Below are positions 34,672 through 38,861 of a stretch of DNA of 38,861 nt, one piece after another (the first letter of the stretch is position 1; every line of letters starts with the position of its first letter). The DNA is from Octopus bimaculoides. Lineage: Eukaryota. Location: assembly GCF_001194135.2 (NCBI RefSeq), contig NC_068990.1:40759167-40798027 (forward strand). The letters run 5' to 3'. The notes under the pieces were generated by a model. It did not search any database. It was not told where the DNA came from and saw nothing but the letters and a program-made list of their open reading frames with translations. A program made the position numbers and the translations under genes.

Positions 34672-35404
34672 TTAGAATTTAAAGTAGAACTTTGAAAATA
34701 TATATAAGAGCATAATAAAACTGAAGATCTTTAAAAACAATTATTTCAGCTTTTTGAAAAGGAATATTTGTTAACTTTTGTGAGAAGTATTTTAAAGCAA
34801 GAGGTTAATTCGATTGATGAAAATGTTTTGTTTGGAAGAAGGGTAGTGTCCATAACCTTTTACAGACATTCTTAGTTTAATAAAATTACTACGGTTGATA
34901 TTAGCTTAAATGCTTGTGTGAAATGCTTCCGATTAGCAGATGAATTAAAGAATGGCTGAGAAGAGGAGAGGGAGGTAAATCGGGTGCTCTTAGGTGGTGT
35001 GTTACCCAAATTGTTATTTCAGACGAGTCGAAACCTTCTGTGAAGTGATACAACATGTCGGTATGCTATTAGATATATATATTACGATATGGTGCACGCA
35101 TTTACAAATCAGTCTAATGGTTTTCCTAGAGGCGCATCTGAATAGTTGAATGCATAGTATTTGCATTATCCCTGACATAAGAGCAGTATTCAATGGTAAA
35201 GTTCATTTGTACTTTGCATAGGTCAGTGGTGAAGTACTTCAGAGGTGAAGTAGGTTGTGCCTGTGAAGAGAATCCTACATTTTGAGATCTAGTTTTGGCA
35301 AAAGTATAAGATATATGAGGTGATATTCACGAAATCTAATTTCTATCTTACACTAAATATATATGTGTTCACATTGAACGAAACAACTATGTTGTGTGAA
35401 GATC

Positions 35405-35510
35405 AGCAAGCCGCAAGTGGTTAGCTGAGCCAAGACTACCAGTTGGTTCTGATTCCCAGTTACAATCCGTTTTCAGTCACCAGTGATCTTAGGAAAATTA
35501 TACCATGGAA
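35405..35510 (+). mobile_element. Very degenerate tRNA/CORE-like SINE head
   Basis: gcaagtggttag (A-box-like), ggttctgattccc (B-box-like), gtgatcttaggaaaatta (CORE-like). Confidence 0.35.
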
Positions 35511-36252
35511 AGATTAACCAATTTGTGTATTTGTTGTCACAGTAACATACCATAATCACGATTCTCTGAAATTCCCTCCTGCCTATGTTTTTCCAAGAAC
35601 GTTAAATTCCTACAGAAGACTAAGTTGAACCTCAACCATATCGATCCTACCTGTCTAATGGAACATGAAAAGGTGATAGATGCTTCTCCTTCTTTTTTCA
35701 CTTAGTAATAAGGAAGAATACTTGTACTTTGTTTTACTACTAAACCGGTAAATGATTAAATTTTATGATTTTTGTGAATATATCAATAGGAAGTTGGGTG
35801 GTTATGTACCTAAAAAAAATGACGATAAGAAAGTCAATATTGGTGATAATAACGAAGATAATGATGAGGATTAAGGTGATGATAATAATTGTTGTGACAG
35901 TGATTGTGTTGATTCCAAAAGTGATGGCGTCAATGATTAATGATAATAGCAATGTTTTAACAATATTCGTGTAGTGCTTACTCATGACAGAAGTACTAGT
36001 GTTGATGTCAGGTTAATTTGCGATTGTGAAGATGTTGGTTATTGATAAAAGAGGCAGTGGTGCCGTTTACACTTTATTCAATGGTGGTGGAGGTGGTCGT
36101 AAAGCTGGTGACGCAGATGCAAACAAAAACAGTAGTGCACACAATAATACAGCAATTTGAAGATGGATACTTAAAGAGAGAGATAAAGATAAATGGATAG
36201 ATAGAGAGAAGGAGGGAGAGAAAGGTATATGTATATATATATATATATATAT

Positions 36253-36290
<38 letters not shown>

Positions 36291-37876
36291 GGAATTTAAG
36301 TAGTAAAACAGTGCTATAAAATGGCGGAGACATTTTCACGCTATTTGATAAGTTCATTTTAAAATAATACGTGAGGACAAAGACAACGACGATGACAACT
36401 ACTAAAACAAACAAAAAAACAAAAAAACACTAACACCAGTGACAAAACAACAACGATGACGACGACTGCAGCAACAGCAGCAGCAGCAAGGACACGAACA
36501 AAGAAATAATTAAATGAAATAAAATGTGTATGAACCTGACCAACACTTGAATCTCGGTCACAAATGAAACTAAACTAAGCTAGAAATAAATATACAAAAT
36601 GGTTTTTGAATTCTGAAAAAAAAAAAAAAATGGGCAAATGAAAAGAAATGAATAAAAATTGAATAAAAGCCACAGAATTGTTGGTTTTTAAGAAAGAAAC
36701 AAACGAATGATAACAAATACCAAACAAAAGGACACACTACTTGTGATGTTTGTGGTGATGTTGAAACATTAGTATTTCAGGGTAGGGATGGAGCTTTGGG
36801 GTTGGAACCGTCATTAAATTTCATTGCCAAATAAATGAGCGCTTCGCGACACTCATTCGAATGACGTCGGTTTTTAAGCCCCAAAGGGTGGTAAAGACAG
36901 AATGTTAAATAGCCGAAGCCAAGGGGGCGTAAGCTAATGACTTAAAACTCAATTTAGAAGGTTGAAAATCATGATGTAGTAATAGTAGTGGAAGCTGGTG
37001 GGGTATAAGGGTTGGTGTGGATGGGTGGGAGCTTCACGAAGCAATAGCCTTGCTAGTATTGATGGATGAGTCTCTAGCTTGCTGGCTGTCTGGGTTGGGA
37101 CAGATAATTTAAATGGGATGGTGATGGCGGTTCCACTCTTGATATTATAGCATGGTTATCAGTGTTCACCTATCTTACTTGCCAACGTTGTAGTAGCTAC
37201 GGTAGTAGTAGTAGTGACGGTTATGGTGGTGATAGGGGATAAAAGTGTTCGGGGGAGGGGTAGGTGGATTGTCTCATGTTGTTGAATTGTAATTGAATAG
37301 CTCGTGCAGCAGTGGTGAAGGACTATGATAGCGACATCTGTGGTAGTAAAATAACATTAGATGTTGGTTGGACTGTGACAGTGATTCTTTTTTTTTTTTT
37401 TTTTTAAGTGACAGGATGCGTAAAGCTTTGCTGACGAATGAAGATGTAGTTGATAGACCGGCGGTAGGGTAGGGAAACTGTTGAGCGGGTAGATATGTGG
37501 AAGACGAAATATTGATACCGTGGTGCATAACGACGTATGAGAAAACTATTAACCCTCTTCGTGCGAAGAAGTCTTTTAAAAGCGAAATTTCATTTGCCAT
37601 CAGCATGAAATTTTCTTACAGTCAGGAGAGTGGAGAAGTGTGGAGTAACATGCAGAGGAGTAAAGGCGTGAAGCGGTGAGTCAGGGAATGGAGCAGTATA
37701 GAAAAATGTGACGTAGTGTAATGGAAATAAGAAGTTGTAGTTTTATTGAAATATCCTGAAAAATCTACTTCATTCGGCTTTGGCGAAATTTGTCAACGAC
37801 CTGTTAGGAGCCCTCAGTCACTACAAGGACAAGCAACCACACAAAAGAAACGACTGCAATATATCGTGCAAGTTGT

Positions 37877-38402
37877 TGTTGGTACTCCGTCGCTTACGAC
37901 GTCGAGGGTTCCAGTTGATCCGATCAACAGAATAGCCTGCTCGTGAAATTAACGTGCAAGTGGCTGAGCACTCCACAGACACGTGTACCCTTAACGTAAT
38001 CCTCGGGGATATTCAAGGTGACACAGTGTGACAAGGCTGACCCTTTGAATTACAGGCACAACAGAATCAGGAAGTAAGAGTGAGAGNNNNNNNNNNCGTG
38101 CAAGTGGCTGAGCACTCCACAGACACGTGTACCCTTAACGTAATCCTCGGGGATATTCAAGGTGACACAGTGTGACAAGGCTGACCCTTTGAATTACAGG
38201 CACAACAAAATCAGGAAGTAAGAGTGAGAGGAAGTTGTGGTGAAAGAGTACAGCAGGGTTCGCCACCATCCCCTGCCGGAGCCTCGTAGAGCTTTAGGTG
38301 TTTTCGCTCAATAAACACTCACAACGCCCGGTCTGAGAATCGAAATCGCGATCCTATGACCGCGAGTCCGCTGCCCTAACCACTAGGCCATTGCGCCTCC
38401 AC
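37877..38402 (-). mobile_element. Family A SINE copy with an assembly-gap duplication
   Basis: A-box and B-box on the - strand, (AAC)n tail, 12-bp TSD cgtgcaagttgt at 37865-37876 and 38403-38414; 134 bp is repeated on both sides of the 10-N gap 38087-38096. Confidence 0.92.
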
Positions 38403-38717
38403 CGTGCAAGTTGTAACGACTTTTAATCAACTGGATATTCGTTCGAATCCAGGATCATCATTCTCAACTAATACCAGATACTCCCATCGTCTTATTTCTC
38501 TTCCGGCTATTTACTCTTTTATCAGTCAACTGCTTAAACTTCTGCTCATGTCTATTTACTCGTGTGTCTTTCTTCCCTTGCAGCTACACAGTTTGTTACA
38601 TTAACAGCAAATTAATACAGTAATCACTAGTAACAACAGATTATGATTTGTACATGTATATACATGCTTTAATTGTTAAATATAAAACATACACCTACAC
38701 AGAAACGTAAAGAACAC

Positions 38718-38718
38718 A

Positions 38719-38776
<58 letters not shown>
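38718..38776. repeat. (TTA)n microsatellite
   Basis: Directly visible. Confidence 0.95.
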
Positions 38777-38777
<1 letters not shown>

Positions 38778-38861
38778 TTTTAGCTTGGTACTTAATCTGT
38801 CGGTCTGTCTTGCCGAACTGCTAAGTTACGAGGATGTAAACACTCCAACACCAGTTGTGAA
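38778..38861 (-). mobile_element. Family B SINE fragment running off the window end
   Basis: cttggtacttaatctgtcggtctgtcttgccgaactgctaagttacgaggatgtaaacac matches 31826-31890. Confidence 0.75.

Noticed and set aside
37953-38230. 134-bp tandem duplication inside the third family A SINE
   Set aside because: The copies flank a 10-N gap and differ by one base, which is typical of unmerged overlapping contigs or haplotypes; treated as an assembly artefact.
508-38604. Most ORFs in the supplied track (HTHT, YIYI, CVCV, LSLS, X-runs)
   Set aside because: They are translations of microsatellites, low-complexity DNA or N gaps, open in several frames and on both strands.

Overview
AT-rich, microsatellite-saturated animal genomic DNA with eight N gaps. 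It is most likely octopus (inferred from the tRNA-derived SINE families and the extreme density of TA/TG/CATA/AAT repeats). I cannot support any intact protein-coding gene, and almost every ORF in the supplied track is a translation of microsatellites or Ns. The window contains at least three tRNA-derived SINE families, including three near-full-length copies of one family with 11-12 bp TSDs. It also holds fossils of three retroelement classes: a Penelope-like RT (22.4-24.2 kb, +), a Dong/R4-type RLE LINE 3' end in an AAT array (12.4-13.1 kb, +) and an RTE-type APE fragment (30.6-31.3 kb, -). Weaker calls are a TTAA-type MITE and a possible piggyBac transposase relic. The most interesting signals are: (i) a near-intact minimal type I hammerhead ribozyme fold with a palindromic stem III at 5418-5464, plus several degenerate relatives in short unique segments between microsatellites; (ii) an inverted pair of >90% identical SINEs sharing a 21-bp internal duplication; (iii) an exon-like segment at about 27.0-27.3 kb with a 27-bp coding-compatible repeat. 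All alignments were done by eye, and family names rest on recalled consensus motifs, not database searches.
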